Positions 39,755-49,366 are shown, counted from the first letter of the stretch. The stretch: 64,000 nt of DNA from Thermodesulfobacteriota bacterium (GCA_965216785.1 OZ244197.1:1984001-2048000); one strand, 5' to 3'. Numbers and translations are program-made. Notes: generated by a model not told the origin, from the letters alone.

Positions 39755-41209
39755 ATGACTGTTAATACTGTTACGATAAAGAACTTCCGGGGCATTAAAA
39801 GCCTTGAAAATATTGAACTGAAGAGTCTTTCTATATTACTTGGTGATAATGGAACGTGTAAGACAACCATTCTAGAAGCAATTAATTACGCATTAAGCCC
39901 AAGTTATTTATCAGGAAGAATTAAGCATACAGACTTTTATAACGGGACAGGTGATCCCATTGAAATTCACTTGACATTCGTAGAAGATTTTCATGTCAAT
40001 CTCCCAGACGGTTACACTACTCAAGCTGTTAATTGTAAACAAGTATGTCTGAAAATTAAGAAAAGAGATCGTGCTGCAACTGGAAAAGCTTTTTCTGATA
40101 CCGTTGTAGTTGAGCATTATGTTCTGCCTACTCAACCTCGAACAAGTCAACAAGGATGGGAAATCACTAGAAGTTCTGGGACTATATTCCGATTTAACGA
40201 AAGACTACTATCATTTCCGGTCGATTCCGATGACCTTCCAAGAAGTTACTATTATGGAACAAATAGAGAAAGACAACTTCAAAGGGGATTTAACAGTTCA
40301 ATCACATCTGTATATGATGACTTCAACTGGCGGTTTCTAAAGTCGTTAAGGAAAGAAAAGGACCCAGATTTCATTGAGAAAAAAAGGCAGTTAGAGGAAG
40401 AAGCTCTCAGTAAGATAGATGATAAAGTGATTGATAAAACAATTACAACTCTTAATACTAAACTTTCTCAACTAGGGCTTGAAACAATTTCAATATCATT
40501 TTTTGAAACTAATGCCCCTTACAATAATGCGTTTTTAATGCAGCTTAAGGAGCATATTGAAATACCAGTATCATTAATGGGTTCTGGTGTAGAAATGATT
40601 ATTTCTTTACTTTTTCTAGAAACGTTAGCTTCTCTTTCTAAAGGCAAGTTCATAATAATAATTGATGAACCAGAATTACACTTGCATCCCAAACTTCAAT
40701 CAAAATTCATTGACTATCTGATCAATCTTTCAGATACTATTCAGATCATTGTAAACTCCCATTCACCCTATTTTTTTATGAATTGTTTGTCAATTCAAAA
40801 TGTAGAACTGATTACCACAGTTAAAGAAAATGACAGTCTTACGCTTACCAACACCGGTGCTGGTAAAGGTTTGTTTCCGTGGAGCCCTTCTTGGGGAGAA
40901 ATTAATTTCAGAGCGTATTCTCTTCCAACAGTTGAATTCCACAATGAACTTTATGGTTATATTCAAGAGAGCAATAATATGTGGAGTGAAGATAATGTAG
41001 AGAGATATTTTGTAGAGCGAGGAATAAACAAATCCAAACAATGGACAAAAGTTAAAAATGGAAATCCACAACCACCCTATGATGTAACTATCATGACTTA
41101 TATTAGAAATACAATTCATCATCCCGAAAACACAAACAACCCAAATTATACAAAACAGGAATTACATGATTCAATAGAAGAAATGATTACTCTAATAGAA
41201 AGTCCTTAA
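39755..41209 (+). CDS. ABC/SMC-type ATPase (AAA_15/21, OLD-like) with C-terminal RxxxxH (HEPN-like) motif
   Basis: KNFRGI, GDNGTCKTT, MGSG, IIIDEPELHLHP, NSHSP; C-terminal YIRNTIHHPEN. Confidence 0.8.
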   Translation: MTVNTVTIKNFRGIKSLENIELKSLSILLGDNGTCKTTILEAINYALSPSYLSGRIKHTDFYNGTGDPIEIHLTFVEDFHVNLPDGYTTQAVNCKQVCLKIKKRDRAATGKAFSDTVVVEHYVLPTQPRTSQQGWEITRSSGTIFRFNERLLSFPVDSDDLPRSYYYGTNRERQLQRGFNSSITSVYDDFNWRFLKSLRKEKDPDFIEKKRQLEEEALSKIDDKVIDKTITTLNTKLSQLGLETISISFFETNAPYNNAFLMQLKEHIEIPVSLMGSGVEMIISLLFLETLASLSKGKFIIIIDEPELHLHPKLQSKFIDYLINLSDTIQIIVNSHSPYFFMNCLSIQNVELITTVKENDSLTLTNTGAGKGLFPWSPSWGEINFRAYSLPTVEFHNELYGYIQESNNMWSEDNVERYFVERGINKSKQWTKVKNGNPQPPYDVTIMTYIRNTIHHPENTNNPNYTKQELHDSIEEMITLIESP

Positions 41210-41302
41210 CATAAATAAACAGTCAACAATAGTTATAGATCATACCTGCAACTACTTGTTTCAACATCCTATATCACGAATGTATTCTGTTATAATGAAA
41301 GA

Positions 41303-42451
41303 ATGCCTATCTGTTTATATTGTAATTGTGAGAAAGATGATACTGAATTCTCACAAGAACACGTTATTCCAAGAGGAGTGGGTGGGGCTATTACGCCTGT
41401 CAATCCATTTGTAATAAATAATACCTGTAAACAGTGTAATAGCGTTGCAGGGTTTTTTATAGATGCTCCCTTTCTTAAAAGTTGGATTATCAAAAATCAT
41501 AGAGCAGAAAATGCACGAAAATTCATAAATATATCTAATACATCTATATTACCCTTAAATTATTTTGGTGAAATTGATGATCTTAAAATTGGAAATAAGT
41601 TATGTGAATATTGGCTTGGACCTACTGGTGATGGCATCTATCATTTTCACGAACCATATCCCGTGGATAGTGACACATCACCAATAGTTGGAGTTCCCCC
41701 CGGAGTGAATATAGAAGAGATTGATAATGGTTTTGTTTTTATTTTTGTAAGATCGGAAAATCCTGATTGGCATCCGACAATTTTCAACTCAGTTATTGAT
41801 AATTTCAAAAATGTTGATTTTTATTTAGGTAACGGTCCTACACCTCCAGGAGGTATCTTTTCAGATATTCCCGACTCACTTAAGAGCATGCATGATAAAT
41901 TGATTGCCATACAAGGCCGAGAGCATGAAGTCAAACCTTCAATTGATATATATCTAGGGGATCGATTTCTAGGAAAATTCGCCTTAGGTATCGGTTCCAT
42001 CTTGCTCAATGAATCATTTGGTCAAAGTGAATCAGCTGGTTTGCTTAGAAGATTAATGTGGACAAAAAAAACTGAAGATAGAAAAAGGTTACCGATTTAT
42101 GGTGCAGGATTTATAAGGAACTCTGGAAATGAGTTAAACAATATTCTAAATTGGGAAAATGGGCACGTAATTGCTATAACTATTAATGAAAATGGATTGT
42201 CACTGTATGTGAATTTTTATGAAAAAAACAGTGCTGTTATACTAATTACAAATGAAGAAGAACATTGGAAAAACAAAATTGATAAAAGTATTTGCTATGT
42301 TATTGTTCCAGGACTTCAAGCAGCGGTCGGGCCAATAGAAATGGAAGAGTTTATAGCACATAAAATTAATGTGTCATACGAAAACCAAGAGTTAAAAGAA
42401 CTAGAAGAACGAATGTCTGAATATAATGATCTCCCTCCTTTTGATGTCTAA
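41303..42451 (+). CDS. HNH endonuclease (HNH_5-type N-terminus) with long C-terminal domain
   Basis: CLYC...SQEHVIPRGVGG...CKQCN. Confidence 0.8.
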   Translation: MPICLYCNCEKDDTEFSQEHVIPRGVGGAITPVNPFVINNTCKQCNSVAGFFIDAPFLKSWIIKNHRAENARKFINISNTSILPLNYFGEIDDLKIGNKLCEYWLGPTGDGIYHFHEPYPVDSDTSPIVGVPPGVNIEEIDNGFVFIFVRSENPDWHPTIFNSVIDNFKNVDFYLGNGPTPPGGIFSDIPDSLKSMHDKLIAIQGREHEVKPSIDIYLGDRFLGKFALGIGSILLNESFGQSESAGLLRRLMWTKKTEDRKRLPIYGAGFIRNSGNELNNILNWENGHVIAITINENGLSLYVNFYEKNSAVILITNEEEHWKNKIDKSICYVIVPGLQAAVGPIEMEEFIAHKINVSYENQELKELEERMSEYNDLPPFDV

Positions 42452-42609
42452 AATCAAATTTAGATAATTATAGCTATATCCACATTTCACTGTTACTAAA
42501 AAGTGGTCTAGAGATTACTCGACAGTATTATGATCTATTAATCTATCTGCTCTATTTTAGTAAATTTCATAGATTGTATTCACCAAGAAATTGTGAATTC
42601 GCTTGAATC

Positions 42610-42638
42610 TTGACGATCGTTGTGTGGCTATATACAAT
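42610..42638 (+). promoter_or_regulatory. Sigma70 promoter for the RHH-int(N) operon, probably leaderless
   Basis: TTGACG, 17 nt, TACAAT; ATG 7 nt downstream. Confidence 0.65.
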
Positions 42639-42644
42639 ATAGTC

Positions 42645-42842
42645 ATGAGTAAGAATAGATTACGTCCCAAACTAATCCATATATACTTGCATGAAGATGA
42701 AGACAAATTCTTAAGAGACTATGCAGAAAATAACTATCTAACAGTTGCGGAAGTCTTCAGAGGTTGGCTTCATGAAGTTATGAAAAGGGAGGGGTACGAG
42801 ATTAACGAACCGTTGTTACCAGAGAAAGGAGGTAAGAAATAA
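42645..42842 (+). CDS. Ribbon-helix-helix (CopG-like) regulator
   Basis: IHIYL strand then EDEDKFLRDYA / TVAEVFRGWL helices; TAATG coupling to int(N). Confidence 0.65.
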   Translation: MSKNRLRPKLIHIYLHEDEDKFLRDYAENNYLTVAEVFRGWLHEVMKREGYEINEPLLPEKGGKK

Positions 42843-43837
42843 TGGGAGTTTTTAAGAGGACAATCAAAACTAAAAAAGGAATGAGTCATTATTGGTATAT
42901 TGATTATGTATTTAGGGGAAAACGTAAATGGGAGAGTGTAGGTAGAGTAGGGGAGGTAAATAAAGCAGATGCTAAGAAACTCTTAGCGCTAAGGAAAACT
43001 GAGATATTACAAGACAAGTTTAAGTTACCAAAGAACAGAATAATTCCTACGTTCTCTGAGTTTGCGAAAGAGTACTTAGAGTATGCCAAGCAGAACAAAA
43101 AGTCATGGGAACGAGATATGTATTCTCTAAGAAAACTGATTCCTTTCTTTGGCAATTATAAGCTGTCTGAGATTTCACCTATCCTCATTGAAAGATACAA
43201 GTTAGAGAGAATCGAATGTGTTTCTTCAAGGACTGTGAATATTGAACTCGTCCTTTTAAAGAGGATGTTCTATCTGGCAATATCATGGGATAAGTGCGAA
43301 TCTAATCCTATGCAAAGAGTTAAACTATTTAAACAGTCAGAGCCTAAAGAAAGAATACTTACGCATGAAGAAGAACAGAAGCTGCTGGATGCGAGTCCTG
43401 GCCATCTTAGACCTATCATTATCACAGCTCTGCAAACAGGTATGAGGTATAGTGAGATTCTTGGCCTTACATGGGATAATGTAGACTTGGAGGATGGATA
43501 TATACGAATAAAGGAGAGCAAATCAGGAAAAAGAAGGAGCATACCTATTAATGAGACTCTCAGAAGTACTCTTTTAGAGCTAATTCCGAGAAATTTTGAC
43601 AGCAATTCCGTTAGCAGTAATTCAGATGAGAATAAAAGTTTTAATAATCACAGTGACTTTAGTCACGGATGCGCTGGATTTAGGATCCAGTACCTCAGGG
43701 TGTGGGGGTTCGACTCCTCCTCTCGCACCACAGTCCAGGTTCTCCATGGAGAGCAGTATAAACTGACAATTTCTGTCATACAATTTCAAGCAAAGGATTA
43801 CAAAATTTGCCATCATATCACACTATATAAACTCTAA
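42842..43837 (+). CDS. Tyrosine integrase N-terminal fragment, int(N), reading through attR into non-integrase sequence
   Basis: Arm-binding and core-binding domains, TGMRYSEILGL (catalytic R), ESKSGK; lacks HxxR, H and Y; AAGGAGG RBS. Confidence 0.92.
   Translation: MGVFKRTIKTKKGMSHYWYIDYVFRGKRKWESVGRVGEVNKADAKKLLALRKTEILQDKFKLPKNRIIPTFSEFAKEYLEYAKQNKKSWERDMYSLRKLIPFFGNYKLSEISPILIERYKLERIECVSSRTVNIELVLLKRMFYLAISWDKCESNPMQRVKLFKQSEPKERILTHEEEQKLLDASPGHLRPIIITALQTGMRYSEILGLTWDNVDLEDGYIRIKESKSGKRRSIPINETLRSTLLELIPRNFDSNSVSSNSDENKSFNNHSDFSHGCAGFRIQYLRVWGFDSSSRTTVQVLHGEQYKLTISVIQFQAKDYKICHHITLYKL
43671..43730 (+). repeat. attR (tRNA-Leu 3' duplicate with substitutions and a 1-nt deletion)
   Basis: Matches 26990-27050 except CTT>CTC and CCCCCC>CCTCC. 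Confidence 0.93.
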
Positions 43838-43897
43838 TCTATACTGAGATTCCAGATATTGTTAATATCCGCAGTGTCTTATACTCCAGCATTTTTT

Positions 43898-43913
43898 TGG
43901 CACATGTATTGCA
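43898..43913 (+). promoter_or_regulatory. Sigma54 -24/-12 promoter
   Basis: TGGCAC-ATGTA-TTGCA consensus; upstream palindrome TGACA-N5-TGTCA at 43764-43778. Confidence 0.65.
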
Positions 43914-43971
43914 CTATATTCTTGCATTCTATTAATATAAAGCCTTAGGGTTTTACAGGGAGGCAAGTGGC

Positions 43972-44154
43972 ATGAAAAATACTGATAGAACTGCTTCAAC
44001 AACACAAGACTTCTTACCATCTACACCGGATGAGAGATATCACAGAATCACTCAAGTAGACCAAGTATCTAGAGGTCTTGCAATCGCTATGGGTCTCGGA
44101 TTAATGTTTTGGCTTGTTTTAGCGATTATAATCTTTTCTGTGAAATCGCTATGA
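43972..44154 (+). CDS. Small membrane protein (60 aa)
   Basis: GGGAGG RBS, C-terminal TM helix, sigma54 promoter upstream. Confidence 0.6.
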   Translation: MKNTDRTASTTQDFLPSTPDERYHRITQVDQVSRGLAIAMGLGLMFWLVLAIIIFSVKSL

Positions 44155-44413
44155 GAAGGTTGTGCGAAATGTACTGTTCCCCTTTTGTCGGGCACGGTTA
44201 ATTTTTGCTTCATTATAATATACGCTGCTTCCCTAAAGAATTTCCTAATATCCCCAAACTTTTGTAAAAATTTACATCCGCCTAGAGCTTCAACCCCCCT
44301 CTCTGGCACCACGTTTACTTTTCAATCTTGCTCTTATGTGTTTACTCTAATATTCATATCGCGCATTGTTTATAATGTGAAGAGAAGCCTCTTTTTTTGA
44401 GGCGGGCGGAACA

Positions 44414-45622
44414 ATGAAGCAAAAGATACTCGTAATACCTGACGGAAACTGGCTCGCGCACACCACAAGGCCCCTTGAAATCGCAAAAGAGCTCAGGGCG
44501 CTTGGTTATGACTTGCAGTTTGCGGGACAGGGGAGCTATATGCAGATGGTCAGGGACGAGGGGTTTGAAACGAGGGATCTTGAGACTCTCTGTCCGGAGC
44601 GGAACCTTAAATGCTCGAGGAGCGGGCGCGTTAACTGGTATGACCACGAGCTTATAGAAAGGCTCGTAAAAGAGGAGTTAGATCTGCTCTACACTTTGAA
44701 ACCGGACCTTGTATTATGCGATTTCCGGCACACGCTGAGCACGTCTTGCGAGCTTGCGGGCATCCCGCTTGCAAGCATACTCAACGCTTCCTGGACAAAC
44801 TATTATTCAGTCAATCACGAAGCGCCGGAGCATTTGATCTTCACCCGCGTTTTGGGAAAACGTATAGTGAGTAAGCTTATGCCGCTCGTAAAAGGGATGA
44901 TAATAAGCGTGGACAGCGCGCCCTTTAAAAAATACAGGAAGGAAAACGGTCTCGCCCCCAACAAAAATATTTGGGACGTATGGAAAGGGGACCTGAATTT
45001 AATGACGGACATACCGGAATATGCCCCGACAAGGGGACTCCCTGATAATTTCCATTATATCGGGCCGATTGTGTGGAATCCGGATATACCCGCACCGGAG
45101 TGGATTTACAGCCTGAACCCGTCTAAAAAAACTATTTATATCACGATGGGCAGTACGGGGTATGAAAGGTTCTTCACGGAGATGGCGGAGATGTTCGCGG
45201 GGACAGAATATCAGTGTCTCATGACCACGGCGGGAATGGTGGAATTAAAGAATATCCCGGAAAACTTTTATGTTACGGAATACGCTCCCGGGGACGAGCT
45301 CATGAAAAGGAGCGATCTTGTCATATGCCACGGGGGGAACGGGACCATATATCAGGCTCTTTCAGAAGGCGTTCCGATAATCGGTATACCAACCATGCAC
45401 GATCAGGAGTTTAATCTGCAGAGGGTGGAGGCCCTCGGGGCTGGTGTTCAGGTAAGTGAGCTCTCGTTTAAGCAGGAGGATTTGATGAGCGCTGTAAACA
45501 GGATTATCGGAGATAGCGTCTATAAACAAAAAGCAGGCAAGTTGAAAGAGATATTAAAAAACTATGACGCGCCGAGGAAAGGCGCTGAGCTTATAGATAG
45601 CTTCTTGAATCCCTCAAACTGA
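44414..45622 (+). CDS. GT1 UDP-glycosyltransferase (MGT-like)
   Basis: NWLAHTTR, ITMGSTG, ICHGGNGTIYQAL..GVP.IGIP...DQ..N. Confidence 0.88.
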   Translation: MKQKILVIPDGNWLAHTTRPLEIAKELRALGYDLQFAGQGSYMQMVRDEGFETRDLETLCPERNLKCSRSGRVNWYDHELIERLVKEELDLLYTLKPDLVLCDFRHTLSTSCELAGIPLASILNASWTNYYSVNHEAPEHLIFTRVLGKRIVSKLMPLVKGMIISVDSAPFKKYRKENGLAPNKNIWDVWKGDLNLMTDIPEYAPTRGLPDNFHYIGPIVWNPDIPAPEWIYSLNPSKKTIYITMGSTGYERFFTEMAEMFAGTEYQCLMTTAGMVELKNIPENFYVTEYAPGDELMKRSDLVICHGGNGTIYQALSEGVPIIGIPTMHDQEFNLQRVEALGAGVQVSELSFKQEDLMSAVNRIIGDSVYKQKAGKLKEILKNYDAPRKGAELIDSFLNPSN

Positions 45623-45654
45623 TGTATTTAGAATAGCCGGTCAAGGCATTTCCT

Positions 45655-46833
45655 CTAAGTCCTGTAGTGGGCGTTTATCTTTATGTAATCAAAAGTAAGG
45701 TCGCTCGCTATTACAAATGAGCTTGCTTTCCCGCTCTTGATATTGAGCGTTACCTCGAACTTGGGTTTTTTGAGGACTCTTTGCGCTTTCTTCTCATTCA
45801 TAACTATCTTTGAGTTGGCCAGCACCTTTTCATCATCGAAAAACAGATCTATTTTATCGGGGTCAAACGCTACACCGGCGCGGCCCGCTGCGGCTACGAT
45901 CCTTCCCCAATTGGGGTCTTCGCCGAAAAAGGCTGTTTTTACAAGGGGCGAAGTGCCAAGGGTACGCGCGATTTTTTCCGCCTCCTTTACCGTTTTTGCG
46001 CCTTTTACTATTATTTTAGCTACCTTAGTAGCTCCCTCGCCGTCCCTGACGATCATTTCCGCAACTTCGGTGGCAGTTTCCGTGACCGCATCTTCAAACT
46101 TCTTATATTCGGCCGCGGTTTCACGAACGGCCGAGTTTCCGAGCTTTCCGTTCGCCAGCATCAGCACTGTGTCGTTGGTAGAGGTGTCGCCGTCGACGAT
46201 GACTTTGTTGAATGAGTTGTTGACACTGTTCTTAAGGGCTTTTGACAGCGCTCGTTTCCCTAGGTTTATATCGGTAAGGATGTAGGCGAGCATTGTCGCC
46301 ATGTTGGGCGCAATCATCCCTGCGCCTTTTCCGATTACCGCGATTGTGCCTTTCTCCCTTCCTATGCTTATCTGGTTCACAGCGTATTTAGGGAAGGCGT
46401 CTGTTGTCATAATGCCGTCCGCAACGTCCAAAAACCCCTCGTCCCTTAGCTCCTTCACGAGCTTAGGCAAGGCTTTTTTTATCTTATCCGTAGGAAGCTG
46501 TGTGCCTATTACCCCTGTTGAAGAGGGGATCACCAAGTCCTCGCTAATTCCAAGCTCCTTTGCGGCGTATTTTGAGGTTAGGATCGAGTTCTTTAGTCCC
46601 TGTTTCCCTGTAATCGCATTTGCGATGCCGCTGTTGATTAGCACCGCCTGGCAGTAACCGGATTTAATTCTGTCCATTCCCACGAGTAAGGGCGGGGCCT
46701 TAACTATATTGGTTGTGAAAACACCCGCTGCTTTTGCTGGAACCTCGGAGAATATCAAAGCAAGGTCTTTTACACCTTTCTTCTTAATCCCCGAGTGTAC
46801 GCCGCTTCCAAGAAATCCCGGTATCTTGATCAT
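45655..46833 (-). CDS. argJ: Bifunctional ornithine acetyltransferase / N-acetylglutamate synthase
   Basis: IMTTD, KGAGMIAPNMATML, VDGDTSTNDT, DGEGATK, DPNWGRI, INAHYRT. Confidence 0.97.
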   Translation of the reverse strand: MIKIPGFLGSGVHSGIKKKGVKDLALIFSEVPAKAAGVFTTNIVKAPPLLVGMDRIKSGYCQAVLINSGIANAITGKQGLKNSILTSKYAAKELGISEDLVIPSSTGVIGTQLPTDKIKKALPKLVKELRDEGFLDVADGIMTTDAFPKYAVNQISIGREKGTIAVIGKGAGMIAPNMATMLAYILTDINLGKRALSKALKNSVNNSFNKVIVDGDTSTNDTVLMLANGKLGNSAVRETAAEYKKFEDAVTETATEVAEMIVRDGEGATKVAKIIVKGAKTVKEAEKIARTLGTSPLVKTAFFGEDPNWGRIVAAAGRAGVAFDPDKIDLFFDDEKVLANSKIVMNEKKAQRVLKKPKFEVTLNIKSGKASSFVIASDLTFDYIKINAHYRT

Positions 46834-47111
46834 TATTTAGCTCTCCGACAGTTATGCTGAGTTACTTTCGTTATCAGCGAGATATGGACTTAAATGTTTA
46901 AAAAGTCTTAACTATTCTGGGATTTTTTCAAGGTTTGATTATACATGGAGTATCTTCCCCCGATTTTAATCTACCCTACATATTTTCTTAACCAAGCGCA
47001 TTAACAATTTATATTGGAGTAACCTCGTTAAATTTGTTGAAAACATGTAAGAAAATACAACATCTGACACGTGAGCTAAAAAAATTTTTAGTCGAATAAG
47101 ACGGTTAATAC

Positions 47112-47127
47112 TGGCATTAAATTTGCA
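47112..47127 (+). promoter_or_regulatory. Sigma54 -24/-12 promoter candidate
   Basis: TGGCAT-TAAAT-TTGCA about 75 nt upstream of the 47202 ORF. Confidence 0.55.
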
Positions 47128-47201
47128 CCTAATATTGTTAATTTATGTAGTGGTTTGAGACAATTAAAGCCCAAATTGAGTTTCTTGAAGGAGATCGTAA
47201 A

Positions 47202-48272
47202 ATGAACAAGCATGTAATTATCTTTGAGGCCAGGGGCGGGACTGACAAAGGGCCGTACGGCTATCGAGTAGATTCAAAGCCAATAGCAGATTCACTTAAA
47301 GAAAAAGGCTGGACTGCTGAGATTATTTTTTATTCTGATGAAGATAGAGGGGAAATATACAAATACACCGTTGAAAACGCGTGTGCTTATATAAGCAGGG
47401 TAAATCCCGGGTTCCTGAAAGACGAAACCGGTTATTTCCAGATGCTGAACGAGCTTGTAAAACGTGGGATAAAAGGACTTCCTCATCCACACGTAATGAT
47501 TTACTACGGCGCAAAGAACGCAATTGAGAAGTTAAAAGGTACTGATCTCGTGCCTGAGGACGTGTTTACGTATTATGATTTTGAAACATTTAAGACAAAT
47601 TTCCCGAAAAGCTTAACGGTGAATACAAGGGTATTGAAGCAGAACAGAGGGTCTACGGGGGAGGGTATCTGGCGGGTCGAGCTAACAAACGGTAACCCAG
47701 GCGGCTCAGATGAAGCAGTATCCTATGATACCGAGGTGAAGTGTACCGAAGCAAGGGACAATCACGTTGAAACTATGAAGCTTGGCGAGTTTATCGATTA
47801 CTGCGTGAAATACCTTGACGGTGACAGCGGTATGCTGCTGGACATGCCTTACCTGGATAGGATAAAAGAGGGTGAGATAAGGGTGTTCATGTTAAGGAAT
47901 AAGGTCGTATATATTGTCCACAAAAAACCGGTCGATCGCCCGGACGCTTTTTCCGCCACTTTATTTTCAGGAGCTACTTACACGTATGACAGTCCGGATA
48001 ATTGGCCCGAGCTGGTGGAGCTTATCGAAAAAAATATTAATGTTATCATAGAGCGCCTCGGCAATTATGATATGCCTCTTATATGGACCGCGGACTTCAT
48101 TCTGGATACGGATGAAGAAGGCAACGATAAGTATGTTTTAGGAGAAATCAACGCGTCCTGCGTTGGTTTCAGCACTCACCTGGACCTTGGCGAGCAGATT
48201 GCGGATGAGATAATCATGTTGATGGAAGCTGAGGATATCGTTCACCATAACTGGATGCCATTCAAAAATTAG
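47202..48272 (+). CDS. Cj0069-family ATP-grasp-like protein
   Basis: GGTDKG, ISRVNPG, RVLKQNRGSTGEGIW, FSATLFSGA, IWTADFIL, GEINASCVG. Confidence 0.82.
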   Translation: MNKHVIIFEARGGTDKGPYGYRVDSKPIADSLKEKGWTAEIIFYSDEDRGEIYKYTVENACAYISRVNPGFLKDETGYFQMLNELVKRGIKGLPHPHVMIYYGAKNAIEKLKGTDLVPEDVFTYYDFETFKTNFPKSLTVNTRVLKQNRGSTGEGIWRVELTNGNPGGSDEAVSYDTEVKCTEARDNHVETMKLGEFIDYCVKYLDGDSGMLLDMPYLDRIKEGEIRVFMLRNKVVYIVHKKPVDRPDAFSATLFSGATYTYDSPDNWPELVELIEKNINVIIERLGNYDMPLIWTADFILDTDEEGNDKYVLGEINASCVGFSTHLDLGEQIADEIIMLMEAEDIVHHNWMPFKN

Positions 48273-48295
48273 CGTATCAATTGCTCGAATATATC

Positions 48296-48325
48296 AAAGC
48301 GCCCCGCTTGTATTAGGGGGCGCTT
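48296..48325 (+). terminator. Hairpin after the Cj0069-family gene
   Basis: AAGCGCCCC / GGGGCGCTT stem. Confidence 0.5.
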
Positions 48326-48418
48326 GCTGTATGAAATACTTCATAGATTTTTCTCCCCTATCCACAAAGGCCTTTAACTGCATTATCATATCAATATAGT
48401 TCTCTCGCTTAGTGCGGG

Positions 48419-49366
48419 GTGCATGGAATGAAAAAAATACTTTCAATCGACGGCGGCGGCATAAGGGGGATCATCCCGGCCTCTATACTTTCAGAGATCG
48501 AGCTGATAACGGGAAAACCGATAGCGCGGATATTTGATCTCATAGCCGGCACTTCTACGGGAGGGATGCTGAGCCTGGGGCTCAATATACCTGACGATAG
48601 AGGCGCCCCTCGTAACAGCGCCAGGAGTATGAAAGAGCTTTACGAGACTAAAGGCCGGGAGATATTCCAAAAATCCCTATGGCGAAAGCTCAGCAGTATG
48701 TCTGGCTACATCGACACGGAGTACGGACATAAATTCCTTGAAGGAATTCTGGATGAGTACCTGGGAGAACACACTTTTTCTGCTTCCATTACAAAGAGCC
48801 TCGTTACTTCATATGATTTGGAGAACAGAGAGCCTTTTATATTCAGGAGCTGGGAGGATAGGTTTCAGGATATAACAATGAAAGACGCCGGGCGCGCTAC
48901 TTCTGCTGCCCCGACATACTTTGAGCCCGCAGTGCTGGATATCGGGGGAAAGCGCCACACGCTAATTGACGGCGGGGTGTTCCTGAATAACCCGGCGCTT
49001 TCGGCATACCTGGAGGCCGTGAGGATATTCCCCGAAGAGGACGAATTTCTCCTTATCTCTCTCGGAACGGGTGAGAACACACGGCCTATAACATTTGAAG
49101 AGGCTCGGAGCTGGGGCAAGATCGAGTGGGCGGTGCCGATATTCGATGTCATATTCGACGGCCTAAACGACGCGATAGATTATCACCTGACACAGATGCT
49201 GGGGAGTAACTATTACAGGCTCCAGAATAGGGTGGCGCTTGAAGGTTTTGGGATGAGTATGGAAGCTGAAACCGAGAGCCAGATTGATGATATTATCTCT
49301 GACGCACAAGAAGTGGTTCAGAAAAACAGGAAGGTGATTGAAGAGATTTCCGGGAGGCTTGTATGA
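48419..49366 (+). CDS. Patatin-like phospholipase
   Basis: DGGGIRG, GTSTG, SAAPTYF, DGG. Confidence 0.93.
   Translation: MHGMKKILSIDGGGIRGIIPASILSEIELITGKPIARIFDLIAGTSTGGMLSLGLNIPDDRGAPRNSARSMKELYETKGREIFQKSLWRKLSSMSGYIDTEYGHKFLEGILDEYLGEHTFSASITKSLVTSYDLENREPFIFRSWEDRFQDITMKDAGRATSAAPTYFEPAVLDIGGKRHTLIDGGVFLNNPALSAYLEAVRIFPEEDEFLLISLGTGENTRPITFEEARSWGKIEWAVPIFDVIFDGLNDAIDYHLTQMLGSNYYRLQNRVALEGFGMSMEAETESQIDDIISDAQEVVQKNRKVIEEISGRLV

Noticed and set aside
39755-42451. Canonical Septu (PtuAB), Gabija or OLD nuclease
   Set aside because: The HNH protein is long with the motif at the N-terminus, no TOPRIM or UvrD partner is evident, and the ATPase has an RxxxxH tail.
31000-42500. Integron cassette array (co-oriented AT-rich cargo genes; hairpin at 35171-35205; TAAC...GTTA at 41207-41292)
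   Set aside because: No convincing RYYYAAC...GTTRRRY attC pairs with internal complementarity, and the integrase shows no IntI features.
27051-43670. Prophage or conjugative ICE
   Set aside because: No capsid, portal, tail, lysis, relaxase or T4SS genes are recognisable.
42842-43837. Simple truncated integrase pseudogene
   Set aside because: The missing C-terminus is present, intact and in frame at the other att site.
48419-49366. CBASS CapV effector
   Set aside because: No CD-NTase nearby; host-like composition and context suggest an ordinary patatin.
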